DNA from: Polyangiaceae bacterium
GTDB lineage: Bacteria > Myxococcota_A > Polyangia > Polyangiales > Polyangiaceae
DNA length: 64,000 nucleotides
Direction: 5' to 3'
Assembly: GCA_965222375.1 (NCBI GenBank)
Contig: CBDCTZ010000015.1
Location: 1,280,001-1,344,000 of the forward strand
Position numbers and translations under genes: made by a program. The notes beneath the pieces were generated by a model that was not told the origin of the DNA, searched no databases, and worked only from the letters and a program-made list of their open reading frames with translations. Numbering within the stretch: position 1 is the first letter of the stretch; the number at the start of each line of letters is the position of its first letter. Positions 39,865 to 51,949 of the stretch are shown here, piece after piece.

Positions 39865-40164
39865 ATGAAGGTAGTCGCGGATTTGTCGGTCGTTCCCATT
39901 GGTGTGGGCGTCAGCCTCTCGAAGTACATCGTGCAATGTGAGCGCGTACTGAAAAGCGCCGGCGTGGAAACGCGCTTGCACGCCTATGGCACCAACATCG
40001 AGGGCGAGTGGGACGCGGTATTCGCGGCCATCAAGCAATGCCACGAGACCCTGCACGCCATGGGCGTGCCGCGAATATCCACGTCGATCAAAGTTGGCAC
40101 GCGCAGCGATCGCGATCCGAACATCGCCCAGAAGATCCGCAGCGTCGGCGAAAAGCTCGAATAA
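39865..40164 (+). CDS. MTH1187-family thiamine-binding protein
   Basis: ADLSVVPIG...LHAYGTNIEGEWD...RISTSIKVGTR. Confidence 0.92.
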   Translation: MKVVADLSVVPIGVGVSLSKYIVQCERVLKSAGVETRLHAYGTNIEGEWDAVFAAIKQCHETLHAMGVPRISTSIKVGTRSDRDPNIAQKIRSVGEKLE

Positions 40165-40256
40165 GCCCTCGCGCAGACGAAGGTCGGTTCAAAAAGCGGC
40201 ACTGCCCACCGAAAAAGCGCGTGACGTTTCGGCCGGTGGGTGCGTCTAGTCCCAAT

Positions 40257-41549
40257 ATGTCGCGTTGCCGTTTGCTTGGGGTCGCCTGCGTGGCGCTGCT
40301 GGTCGGCTGTGGATCCGACGAGCGATTGCTGGGCAAGGTGGACGCCATGGCACCACCGGACGTCGAGTCCCCAGAGGCGGGGGATGCGCTCTTTGCGGAT
40401 GTAGGCGCTAGTGCCGACGCTGGCATTGATGCCGACCCGGACAGTGCAATCCCGGCATCCTCGGCTTGTCGCGTGAAGGAGCGGCTGCTCCTCGGCTCGG
40501 GCAAGAGCGCGAGCTTGACCCGAGTGCTGCGCAGGGGAAACGAGCTTGCCGTGCTGTGGCGCGACGGGGACACACCGCGTCTGTCTCTTTCGACAATTTC
40601 GCAGCCGTCACTCGTAGCGCAGGTTGCCCTGCCGGTTGAGGCCAAAGGAACAGCCGATTTGGCCAGTACGCCGACGGGATACGCCGTGGCTGTGCGCAGC
40701 TTCAGCGACTACAAGGTGCGCGTGTTCTCACTGACCACCGAGTGGACCGAAGTGCCCCTCGCCAACCAGCCTCAGACCTTTGGCATCTTCGCCATCGGCA
40801 GCACCCCGGCGGGCACGTTGCTCTTCGTGTGGTCCGAGAAGAGCGAAACCAACAGCTGGTACACGGTGAAGTATCGCCGCGCACACCCAGGTGGCGGCTT
40901 CGGACTGGCGGAAACCCTGAGTGGCAAAGGCATCGGCAAAGAGTTCGAGTTCAAGCCACACGGAAGTGACGTCGCACTGGCTTGGGTCGAGGTGCAGCCC
41001 TCCCGCTCCACGATGAAGTACGTGAGTTTGGACTCCGCGGGCATTCCCCTTGGGGCGGCAGCGGAGCTGACCAACCACGACCGCTACGTATACGACGTTG
41101 GAATTGCCCACGGTCAAAGCGGCATGGGCGTCGCCTTCACCGATAGCCGCGTCGACATCCTCAATGTGCCTCTGTACTTCACCGTCCTGGACGCCCAAGG
41201 CGCGCGCCTGACCAAAGACAAGCGACTCAGCTTCTCCGGTGAGCACGAGCTGTTGGACCTGGCTTGGGTCGCGGGCGCCTATCGCTACGTCTACGCAGAG
41301 TTCCAGAACGGCCCCGGCTCCCGGATCAAGCTTATGGATCTGGACGAAGGCGGGAAGAAGATAGCCGCCCCACTGCAGCTCTCGCTGGCCACCTATCTAG
41401 AATACGGCAGCCAAACCAGAGTTGGGACACCCAAGATCGTCGGTCACGGCTCCGGCGGCGCCCTCGTGATTTGGCCAGAGCTGGTGGACAAGGGCATCTG
41501 GGCGCTCAAAGCGGTGCAGCTCGATTGCAGCGCGCCCTCTTCACCTTAG
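40257..41549 (+). CDS. Beta-rich lipoprotein
   Basis: LVGC lipobox; repeated LAW/VAF blade-like units. Confidence 0.75.
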   Translation: MSRCRLLGVACVALLVGCGSDERLLGKVDAMAPPDVESPEAGDALFADVGASADAGIDADPDSAIPASSACRVKERLLLGSGKSASLTRVLRRGNELAVLWRDGDTPRLSLSTISQPSLVAQVALPVEAKGTADLASTPTGYAVAVRSFSDYKVRVFSLTTEWTEVPLANQPQTFGIFAIGSTPAGTLLFVWSEKSETNSWYTVKYRRAHPGGGFGLAETLSGKGIGKEFEFKPHGSDVALAWVEVQPSRSTMKYVSLDSAGIPLGAAAELTNHDRYVYDVGIAHGQSGMGVAFTDSRVDILNVPLYFTVLDAQGARLTKDKRLSFSGEHELLDLAWVAGAYRYVYAEFQNGPGSRIKLMDLDEGGKKIAAPLQLSLATYLEYGSQTRVGTPKIVGHGSGGALVIWPELVDKGIWALKAVQLDCSAPSSP

Positions 41550-41727
41550 AACCATCCGTGGCCGCGTGCGCGGCGGAAGGTCGTGCTCCCTAGCGCGCCT
41601 CGGCTCCCCACCTTCGGCCCAAGCCCGTTCCAAGAAATCATGCGCAACGAAACCAGGGATCGAGTCAGGCGTCCAACCTAGAAGAGCGCAATGTAGCCGT
41701 ATTTCTAAGGTGCGTGAAGTTCGCGAC

Positions 41728-41952
41728 TCACTGCTCTGGCTTGCCACATTGCTTGACCTCGAAGTCGCCTGCCACACCCGTCATGTTGGCGTGATCCCAC
41801 TTCAGGTTGCCGGCCACGGTCTGCGGCTCGTTGTTCTTCAGCGTCGCCGTGCAGAGGTTGCCTCGCGCTTTGGCGCCGGGCCCAATTCTAATGATCTGAG
41901 CGACGCCATTGTATTGGCCGACGGGGATATCCAGCGGCGATATCATGGCCAA
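41728..41952 (-). CDS. Short hypothetical ORF or fragment
   Basis: 74-aa ORF, no recognisable family. Confidence 0.3.
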   Translation of the reverse strand: MAMISPLDIPVGQYNGVAQIIRIGPGAKARGNLCTATLKNNEPQTVAGNLKWDHANMTGVAGDFEVKQCGKPEQ

Positions 41953-42017
41953 GAACTCCTCTCGATGGGGGTGCTTGGCAAAGTAGTTGCAGAAACGTCA
42001 GGTCGTCGTTACTTACC

Positions 42018-42995
42018 TCAGCAGTCGTGCGACTCGTCCACGGAAAGCGGCACGCCAAGCCGCTCCGCGAGCTTCGCCGCAAGCTCGTCGAAGGCGTGAG
42101 GCTTTCCGAAGCATTCGGCGACCGTCAGGGAAGAGCGCCGGGGCTCCGCTCGCCCAGATTGACGAAAACGCAGACTGAGATAGTCGCCGCCGCCGCCCTT
42201 GGCGGGCAAGACGACCGAGTACTCGACGCGTTCGATCCACTCCGCGGGCAGCACGTTCACGCTCCCGTCCGCAACGTGCAACAGCGCCCTTGAATCCGCG
42301 CTCAGGCCGAAGCCCGCCGCAGGTGGGGGAAGATCGTCGGGCCAGTCGCGGGTCAGCCCCGCGTGAAAGGGAAAACGGCGCGGAGGTTCGTCCGCGCCGT
42401 GCACGGCATCGTAACCAGCGAGCCAGGTGCGCTCATGCTGGCTCAAGGCCCGACGCCATGCAGTCTCCAGGGTCACGCCGCACTCCGTCTTGCTGCCCGG
42501 AATTGCCTCGTGGCGAGCGTTGCGTCCGAGGCGCTGGTTGAGCTCGGGAGGAAAGATCCGAGCCGTAACGCTCGCCCGACCAAATCGCCACTCTTGGCAG
42601 CGCGTGTTGCTCACCGACACGTCCTGGCCGTCGCCGAAATACTCGGCCAGTTGTGACACTGCAGAGCGGAAGTTCTCGTCAGCGTCATCGGAACCGCGCA
42701 GGTAACCGAAGAAGGTGGTTGCGTGCACGTCCAGGTCGTCGTCGGCACTAAACTGAAACACGAAAGGATGCGCAAGCCCGCTCAGGAGCGGACTGGCCAG
42801 CTCGACTTCACAATACGAAAGCCCTGCGCTCCAGCCAGATGGTCGCTGCCCGAAGCGCGCCACCAAGTCTTGACGCGTGCTCCGAAACGGGAACTGCGCC
42901 TCGTCCAAGACGCTCCACAGCGCCTGCTCCGCCCGCGTCATCGTCATCAAGGCTAGCGCTTCTGGGCGTTGAAGGTCACCTTGCAATTGCGTCAT
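42018..42995 (-). CDS. Hypothetical protein
   Basis: Long ORF with coding-like codon use; PAKGGGG motif; start uncertain. Confidence 0.6.
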   Translation of the reverse strand: MTQLQGDLQRPEALALMTMTRAEQALWSVLDEAQFPFRSTRQDLVARFGQRPSGWSAGLSYCEVELASPLLSGLAHPFVFQFSADDDLDVHATTFFGYLRGSDDADENFRSAVSQLAEYFGDGQDVSVSNTRCQEWRFGRASVTARIFPPELNQRLGRNARHEAIPGSKTECGVTLETAWRRALSQHERTWLAGYDAVHGADEPPRRFPFHAGLTRDWPDDLPPPAAGFGLSADSRALLHVADGSVNVLPAEWIERVEYSVVLPAKGGGGDYLSLRFRQSGRAEPRRSSLTVAECFGKPHAFDELAAKLAERLGVPLSVDESHDC

Positions 42996-43062
42996 CAATG
43001 GGTCGGCGTACAGGTTCCAGTGCGTGGACACCGAGTGGACCTGGGCGACCAGCTGAGCGCAG

Positions 43063-43622
43063 CTACGCAAGCAACTCCAGAACTACCTCCTTGATCTCCC
43101 CACGGACGTTGCGAATCGTCTCGAGCTCGCCACGCGCCGCAATCGCGTCAACAGGCTCCCGAAGATTCTGGATGTTCTGCCCAGCCCAAAACAGATTCTG
43201 ATCGGACTGGCCCCACATCTTCCGCAAGTACGCCTGATTCAAGAGCTCCTCGGCAACGCGATAGTTGATGGCTCGCCAGTCCTCGGGAATGGAGCGCGGG
43301 ATACGCACGGGCAAGTCATGGTCGGAGCACAACCGCAGCAAGCGCTCTTGTTTCGGTCACGCCCCCCAACCACGACATCTGGTAGCAACGTGCGCGCACG
43401 GCTCAGTCGCTGGTCCAGCATCTGGCCGACGTGCTGCTTGACGACGATGTCGTTCTCGAAATCAGACGGCATTCGGTAGTGGCTGCTTCGGGCATCACAA
43501 TAGATGCACCCGAACAGACAACCGTTGTGGGGATTCACGCTGTAGCGATCCCGAAACCAACCATCGATGAACTTTTTCCTGTTGAGGACGGTCTTGAATT
43601 GCTTCTCGGTGAACGAGGGCAT
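43063..43622 (-). pseudogene. Radical SAM (spore-photoproduct-lyase-like) protein with large internal deletion
   Basis: N-terminus YSVNPHNGCLFGCIYCDARS; the C-terminal helical part follows in another frame only about 100 nt after VVKQHV; barrel core absent. Confidence 0.8.
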
Positions 43623-43744
43623 GCCCCGATTCTAGGGCGCAACTAGGGACGGTGGACTCACCTCGGCGGCGTGGCCAGAGTCGCGGCAGGTGACAAATCC
43701 CGTGGCACGGCTCATGCTCGCATGGCACGCAGAGGCGTCAGGAC

Positions 43745-44983
43745 ATGTTGAATGGGAAGCCGTGGGCCGTTTTCTAGACATCGCTCTTGCTCGCCGCGGC
43801 GGCCGGCTGCGGAAAGGTGAAGCAAGATCCGAGCGCCTGGTCAGTCCCTTCGGTAGACGGGGGAGCGATGGGGCCGGACAGTGGCGCGCAGGGATGTCAC
43901 GCACGACGCGCCCTCGAGGTAGGTCCGTTCTCCCCGGACGACACCACATTCGGTCCGCATCAGATTCAACTCGTCCCAACGTCCGACGGACTAGTCACCG
44001 CGGTGTTCGTCAACGGCGGCAGCTACCCGGACCTCGGCCAACTCACGTTCGACGGCTTCGGCGATTGGCCCTCAGCCTTGCCCGCACCAACGCGACTGGC
44101 TTTGCCGGCGACAGGCGGACCCCTCGCCGCGGGAAGCGTTGCCAATGGGGGCGTCACGCTCCTTTTCGCCGCCTCTGTGTTTCCGGCCCTAGACCTGCGC
44201 TGGATCCCCCAGCTTCTGCCTGTCGACACGAACCCGACCGTGGAGGTCATCGCGAAGGACGCGGCGTTCGCTTGCCTGGCGCTCGGGTCGGGCGAAAGGC
44301 ACTTGCTCGGATACTGGAAAGACAGCGCACATCGCCTGATTCGCGTCGGCAAGGAACGGACGACTCGCAACGTCGGCTGTCTGCGAGTCGCCTTCACCTG
44401 TGCGCAAGCGCTGGCTACCGATACGGGCTTTCTGATCGCGGTGCCTTCCGCCGAAGCGTCTGGCAACTGCGGTCCAGAGAAGGAGTTACCACGCGTCATC
44501 CAGATGTATTCTTGGGACGACGAAGACGCCCCAACGCTGCGCGACGAGTGGAGCACTCCGGGCTGGATCGCGTCTTTGGAGATCCTCCCGCGCAGTGACG
44601 GAGCTTGGGTGGTCTGGCGTGAGGCTCCAGACAGTGGCCCGATAGTCGCTCGACGAGTGTCCCATGCAGGCAACTCTCTGAGTGAGCCTCGGATCGTCTT
44701 GGAGGCGCCCAAGTCTTGGGGACTCAGTGCGGCGACACTCGCGGACGACCTCGTCTTCGCGGTGACGACCCCCGACGCTCATATCCTGCTGCGCCGTGTT
44801 GAGGCGCAGGGCAGGGTCGTGGGCGAGTGGAGCTACGGTCGGACCCCAAACCACGTCGGCTTCGCCTCGGGCATGCTTGGCTCATCGGACGGCCGAACCT
44901 TGCTCCTCGCAACATCGATGATATCGGGCGGCGGCTACGTCGATCCCGGGCACTTGATACGCTGGGACTGCACGCCAGATTGA
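43745..44983 (+). pseudogene. Lipoprotein with in-frame TAG in the signal peptide
   Basis: ATG 43745 reads MLNGKPWAVF*TSLLLAAAAGC; TAG at 43775-43777; remainder open for 398 aa. Confidence 0.6.
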
Positions 44984-45055
44984 TAGCCCCTCGCACGCCA
45001 AAAACAGAACGATGACACACCGAGCTCGCCGTGGTCGTAGCTCTTCGCTGGGGTC

Positions 45056-45682
45056 ATGAGCCCGCACTCCCGGTGGCAGTTTGCACGGGAAAGCATATTT
45101 GGCTGTGTCATCGGCACAGCGTTGTTCATGGCGTGCGGCGGGAGTGACACCGATGCTAGCAGGGGCGGAACCGGAGCGACCGCAGGAACCGCCGGAACTG
45201 GAGCGACCGCAGGAACCGCCGGAACCGGGGCGACCGGCGGAACTGGAGCGACTGGCGGAATCCCGGGCACCGGGGGCTGCCCTCCCTATGTGCCGCTGCC
45301 GTGGGACGGAAGTGCGCCCACGCTGTGCCACGAGTATTGCTCGAAGGTCCTAGCCGGTTGCCCCGAAATCGGCGAAGGCCCATGTTTGAAGCGCTGCACG
45401 CTGGGACTGAGCCCGGACAACAAGTGCGGGCTTGAGTACTTCAAGTGGGTGATGTGCGGCTTGAAGTCCGGCACCTTTACGTGCCCGTGCTTGACGTTGG
45501 GGGGCATCTTCAATTCCGCCTGCAAGAACGAATTGAGCAACAAGCATTGCGCCAACACGGGAACTGGCGCCGCCAGCGGTTGGGACGGTCAGGCTGGATA
45601 CGGTGTGGGCGGGTTCGGTGGGTCAGCGGCAACCGGCGGAATCGCCGGGTTCGTGTCCGGCGGCAGCGGCGGAGCGTTTTAG
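45056..45682 (+). CDS. Gly- and Cys-rich lipoprotein
   Basis: FMAC lipobox, GTGATAGTA repeats. Confidence 0.7.
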   Translation: MSPHSRWQFARESIFGCVIGTALFMACGGSDTDASRGGTGATAGTAGTGATAGTAGTGATGGTGATGGIPGTGGCPPYVPLPWDGSAPTLCHEYCSKVLAGCPEIGEGPCLKRCTLGLSPDNKCGLEYFKWVMCGLKSGTFTCPCLTLGGIFNSACKNELSNKHCANTGTGAASGWDGQAGYGVGGFGGSAATGGIAGFVSGGSGGAF

Positions 45683-45980
45683 CGACTCAGCTGTGGTGGG
45701 CGAAGGGGCAAGGCATCCCTTGGAGTGAAGGCGGCACTTGCCACACGCCACGAGGTGGAGAGAACTCGCGCCAGGCCGTATTGGAATCGGAACGAACTGC
45801 GACGACTCTTGTTGGTGCGTAAGCGAGCTGCTTTTCGATTACGACGGCGTTGTCGCAACCGGCAGAAGCGGTGGCGCGGGTGCGGGAGGCTCTTCAAACG
45901 TAAGCGCCCGCCGAGTTTCGCAAGTTCTGCTCAGCGGTCCACCGCTTGGCCCAGCGCGAGCGTGGTGATGGCTTCGCGCG

Positions 45981-46397
45981 GTGTTGACGAGGATCACGTT
46001 TTCGTTGGCTGCGTCGTTCACGCTCCTTGGTTGCGCAAGTGCATCCGGCGAGGCGGTGCAACACGCTTCGCGGGACTTCGCCTGTCCGGAGGAGTCGGTC
46101 CACGCCAAGGAGATCCGCAACGACCGCTTCAGGGTCCGCGGATGCGGCAAGACTGGCGTCTACGAGTGCCACTCTGGTCAGGGCTGTTGGAAGGAAGGGT
46201 ATCGAGCGAAGGTCGCGCGGGAACGTGCCGAGCGGGAATTTGGATGTCCGCGCGAACAGATTCGAGTTCGTTGGGTTCAGCAGGAGACGTATCGGGTGGA
46301 GGGCTGCGACCAAGCGCGAGTCTACGAATGTGACGAAGAGACGTGCATCCCCGAAGGCAGCGGACAGACAGACCTCACCGTCGTCGTTGCTCCGTAG
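45981..46397 (+). CDS. Lipoprotein with two ASRDFAC/GCG..YEC repeats
   Basis: LLGC lipobox; duplicated domain. Confidence 0.7.
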   Translation: MLTRITFSLAASFTLLGCASASGEAVQHASRDFACPEESVHAKEIRNDRFRVRGCGKTGVYECHSGQGCWKEGYRAKVARERAEREFGCPREQIRVRWVQQETYRVEGCDQARVYECDEETCIPEGSGQTDLTVVVAP

Positions 46398-46467
46398 TCC
46401 GTACTCGCCAGCCGCGACGCGGCTGACGGTCCGCGGTCCAGGTCAACGTTTCGCGAGCGGCGCTGGT

Positions 46468-47778
46468 CTAGTCCGCGCGCGTGGTCCAATCGACCAAGGC
46501 GTCGCACCCCACGCACCACCCCACATCGTGCGCGAGTTCAATGTGACAGCGACTACACTCGTAGCTACGGAAACGAATGGCGTTGAACACACCGAAGGCG
46601 ATGCCCACGACGGTGAGCACCAACATCGGAATAGTGCCAAAGTATGCGCCGCACCCGAGGCCCACCGCGCCAAACAAGACCGCCGGCAACAACGAGGGCC
46701 GCGACTTTAGCGGGCGAAAGCTTTGCGCGTCGTCGTCGAGGCGCTGCTCGAACTCCTCCTCATCACCGAACCCGTGCTCGTCGCCGAACTCGTCCTCCCT
46801 GGCTAGACGTTCTTCCTCTTCAAGCCCGTCGTCGCGGAGCACGACTTCATCACCGAGCACGGGTTCGGTGGGCTCGATTCCGTCCTCCCCGCCAGCGAAG
46901 ATGAACTCCTCGTCGTCTTCCGTCTGAAGCGGTTCCGTGAGCAGCTCCAGGTCCGAAGGCTCCCGCCACGTGTCCGGGTCAGGGATCCCGAGCAGCTTGC
47001 GCAATGGCTCTGTCTTTCGAGCCAGCTCCGAATGCGTGCTGCGCACCAAGCTTGCCTGGTTCGGCGACAGATGCGAGCAAATGTGCTTCACGTCGTTCTT
47101 TGGGACCTGTCGCGCGACCAGCTGCGCCCCGAACAACAGCGCCAGACTGCCAAGCGTCAAGTACCCGCGCATCTGGCGCTCCCACGCAAGTTTGTGTCCC
47201 TCCGCGCTCTCACCACCGGTACGAAACGAAAACGACGACTCGAGCAGAAACGCACCGAAGCCAAGGTAGACGGTAGTCAAGTCGGTGAGATTCTCTTCGG
47301 TCTCACGATCCGTCACCTCCAGCCCGTGATGGTCGCGATATAGATGGGCGACTTCGTGAGCGAGCGTGCCGATCAGATCGGTTGGATGACGCAACTCCTG
47401 GCGGTTGACCCCAAAGCGCGCGACCTGCCCTTCTCGCCCGGCGTACCAGGCGGCCGCGCGCATGTGCTCACTTCGCTCCAGCGCTAGGGTCAATTGCGAC
47501 GTCCCGACCAAACCCGGCGGCTCTTCAAAAACGTAGAGCTCGACGCTGTAGTCTCCAAGCCCGACGTACTGCAACAGGCGCCGCAAGAGCGTGCGTGCAC
47601 CGGCGGGCCCCGCGGCAACCGCATCGGGAAAGAACTGCGGCTCCGGCAGAACTATCGGCGCACGCACAAATGTTTCGAACCCTCGCTGGCGAATCACATT
47701 CGCCAACCCCAACAACAAGTACTCACGTGCCTCCCCGTAGGGGACTTCCATGTCCTGAATCAGCAGCGAGTCGCCCAC
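46468..47778 (-). CDS. HEXXH-containing membrane protein with C-terminal zinc ribbon
   Basis: LAHEVAH, E.LTD.TTVYLGFG, acidic linker, 2 TM, CSRC...CVGC. Confidence 0.75.
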   Translation of the reverse strand: MGDSLLIQDMEVPYGEAREYLLLGLANVIRQRGFETFVRAPIVLPEPQFFPDAVAAGPAGARTLLRRLLQYVGLGDYSVELYVFEEPPGLVGTSQLTLALERSEHMRAAAWYAGREGQVARFGVNRQELRHPTDLIGTLAHEVAHLYRDHHGLEVTDRETEENLTDLTTVYLGFGAFLLESSFSFRTGGESAEGHKLAWERQMRGYLTLGSLALLFGAQLVARQVPKNDVKHICSHLSPNQASLVRSTHSELARKTEPLRKLLGIPDPDTWREPSDLELLTEPLQTEDDEEFIFAGGEDGIEPTEPVLGDEVVLRDDGLEEEERLAREDEFGDEHGFGDEEEFEQRLDDDAQSFRPLKSRPSLLPAVLFGAVGLGCGAYFGTIPMLVLTVVGIAFGVFNAIRFRSYECSRCHIELAHDVGWCVGCDALVDWTTRAD

Positions 47779-48020
47779 GACCTAGCAATCGCCATCTGTG
47801 CAGACGCATGCGGTTCCATCGGTTGCTGTCCTACGAAGATCGCTCATTGCACCACCATGCCTAAGATCATTCGTGCGCCCCGCCTCAAGCTAGCACAACC
47901 GAACTACGCCTCCGCGCGCCCGGGACCGCGCGCTTGTCCGGCAGCCGTGCACCCACACGCGCCACCTGCTCCAGCCGTTGTTCACCGCTGTGACACCTTG
48001 GAAGCGCACGTGATGGTCTC

Positions 48021-48528
48021 TTACTCGCATCGATCCACCAATTCGCCATCATAATCGCAGTGCCGATAGTCCGCAGTGGGCTCGCACGTTGAAACCTGGA
48101 TGGAGCCGAATCCACAAGCAGATTCGTTGCTGCAGTAGCAGTATCCGGTCTCCGTTCGGCAACACAGGCTGCCCTGATCCGTGCAAGACGCGACTTCATA
48201 CTGAATCCCTAGGCCTCCCCCCGCACACGCAGTCGCCGTGGACGTCGCTCGGCCCGCAACGCACTCTATAGCAAGCGCACCGGTCTTTGTATCGGCAGCA
48301 ATACGAAACGCCACCCACGTTCTCGGCCCTACAGAGCGCGGGAAAGGCTGGCTTGGACGACTGCGCCCACTCCCCGCAGCTGCACCCCTCCTCGACCACC
48401 GGCTGGCCTCCGTTCGACTTGGTGGCCGTGCAATTGCTCGATGAACCGCCGCCACCGCCCGCCGAGGAGGAGCTGCACTGGACTAGCGTGATCAGCATCA
48501 ACACGGTAGGCGCGCGTGCTTGTTTCAT
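48021..48528 (-). pseudogene. Cys-rich lipoprotein frameshifted at a G6 run
   Basis: Removing one G at 48217-48222 joins ...DCVCG to GGLGIQYEVASC... Confidence 0.7.
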
Positions 48529-48751
48529 CGCAATAGAATAGCCCACTATGCGAGACCTAGGATCGAGCAGGTGCACACCGCGTCGGGCAGATACGGCATG
48601 TGTCATGTCGCAGTTCCCCCTGAGTTGGCGCTCGGGTCGCCATCCGCCAAGTTGTGCAGATTCTGCTCAATCTGCAACTACGCTCTGTGTTTCGAGCACT
48701 TACTCGGCTCGGCTGCGACGCGGAATCGGCTCGCGCACGGAAGCGCCCTCG

Positions 48752-49114
48752 CTACCGCGCCCGCGAAAGCGCCGTGAGCATCGCGTACAGCGCGTTCCCA
48801 TGCTCGAGCACGCGAGGCAGTGCTTCGCGCGATCCCGCGCCGGACTCCACCGCGATTTCGACGGAGCAAACCACTTCGACAGCTTCGCCACGGGCGATAC
48901 CGAACGCGCGAGCCTTATCGCCACCAGAAACGCGCCCCGCGGCTTCGGCAATGTTCCGACAAGCGCCCTTCGCAGCACGAAGCGCCTGATCCCGCGAATC
49001 CCGATCCGTGATTCGGGCATCACGCACCGCGCCAAGCAGCTTCAGCGCAACGCCGTAGGCCTTCAACCGATGATGAGGCAGCAAAGATGCAGATGTGGAT
49101 GTGTTCATTGTCAT
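48752..49114 (-). CDS. Four-helix-bundle protein (23S rRNA IVS / Avd-like family)
   Basis: HHRLKAYGVA...DQALRAA...NIAEAAGR...F.IARGEA.E. Confidence 0.88.
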   Translation of the reverse strand: MTMNTSTSASLLPHHRLKAYGVALKLLGAVRDARITDRDSRDQALRAAKGACRNIAEAAGRVSGGDKARAFGIARGEAVEVVCSVEIAVESGAGSREALPRVLEHGNALYAMLTALSRAR

Positions 49115-49267
49115 TCGAGACCTCCTTCACCCAAGAAGGAGGTCGAGAACTTTGACGTGATGAGCGTCAGCTCTGCCAACGCACCAACGTGCATGCATCC
49201 CCTCAAGTGCCAGCGTTAGCTGGCACGGGGATGCGACTGAGTCCCCAACTATGCCAAACGTGACGCC

Positions 49268-49568
49268 GTCCCCTTCCCCTTCAACCTACCCTTCAACCTA
49301 CCCTTCAACCTACCCTTCAACTTCCACTTGCCCTTGGACGTAGACGTCTGCTTGCACGTGGGCTTCGGCTTCGACGTCGACGTCTGCTTGCACGTGGGCT
49401 TCGGCTTCAGCGTAGGCTTCTGCTTCAACGTAGGCTTCAACCCACGGAGGAAAAGCAGACGCCCAAGTCGAAGTTCAAGTCGACGCCCACGTCCAAGGGC
49501 AAGTGAAAGTCGACGTGGACGTTCAAGGAAAAGGGAAGAAGAAGGGGAAGGGAAAGGTGACGAAGAAG
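49268..49568. repeat. Low-complexity foldback: 12-bp and 36-bp tandem units forming an imperfect long inverted repeat
   Basis: CCCTTCAACCTA x3.75; 49321-49348 pairs with 49482-49509 (25/28). Confidence 0.8.
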
Positions 49569-49597
49569 GCACCACGAACGCCCTCGCATGGCCCATC

Positions 49598-49643
49598 TCT
49601 AGAGTAGTGGCCCAATGCCGCCCCAACGCCGCGACCCCCCAAA
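49598..49643 (-). repeat. Dispersed bipartite motif copy
   Basis: TTTGGGGGGTCGC-N15-TTGGGCCACTACTCTAGA. Confidence 0.85.
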
Positions 49644-49654
49644 CCACAAAAAGC

Positions 49655-49686
49655 AAAACGGCGACCCTCTTTCGAGAGGCCGCCGC
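49655..49686 (-). terminator. Rho-independent terminator of groESL
   Basis: CGGCGGCCTCT-CGAA-AGAGGGTCGCCG followed by TTTTGCTTTT on the minus strand. Confidence 0.8.
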
Positions 49687-49714
49687 TCTGCGTGTGACTA
49701 ACTAAGAGTGGCTC

Positions 49715-51355
<1,641 letters not shown>

Positions 51356-51360
51356 TCAGC

Positions 51361-51651
<291 letters not shown>

Positions 51652-51769
51652 GTGAGATATCCCTCTTGTTGGTTGATGGCGGCCCCGTCAGCGGGACCGC
51701 TGCTTAGATTCGCGGGGCAGTATGGCGCTATGCGCCTGTAACCCATTGAAACTAAAGAGTTTTGGTGAG

Positions 51770-51796
51770 CTAGCACTCACCAGCTCCGAGTGCTAG
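51770..51796. promoter_or_regulatory. CIRCE element (HrcA operator)
   Basis: CTAGCACTC-N9-GAGTGCTAG upstream of groES. Confidence 0.95.
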
Positions 51797-51949
51797 CACG
51801 CGGAGTGGGGGCGAATGTAGTCAGAGCTGGGATGGAGTCAAGGCTGAAGCCTTGGAAAGAAAACCGCCAAGCCGCCAATAGCCGCCAAGCCGGGGCTCCA
51901 AGCGGCGAGGCCGGTGTCACCGACAAGGGCTCCGCTACCCTCGGTCGTG

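Noticed and set aside
38257..43777. Stop-codon recoding (TGA 38257, TAG 43775)
   Set aside because: The codons differ, one gene has additional frameshifts, and both codons are used as normal stops elsewhere; decay is simpler.
48752..49568. Diversity-generating retroelement
   Set aside because: An Avd-like fold is present, but there is no reverse transcriptase and no adenine-specific TR/VR pair; the 68-bp repeat at 36.5 kb is identical, not A-variable.
49249..49705. ORFs over the low-complexity foldback
   Set aside because: They are open only because of hexamer repeats and are not protein-like.
51860..51895. CCGCCAAG short repeats
   Set aside because: Only three short units, too little to define an element.
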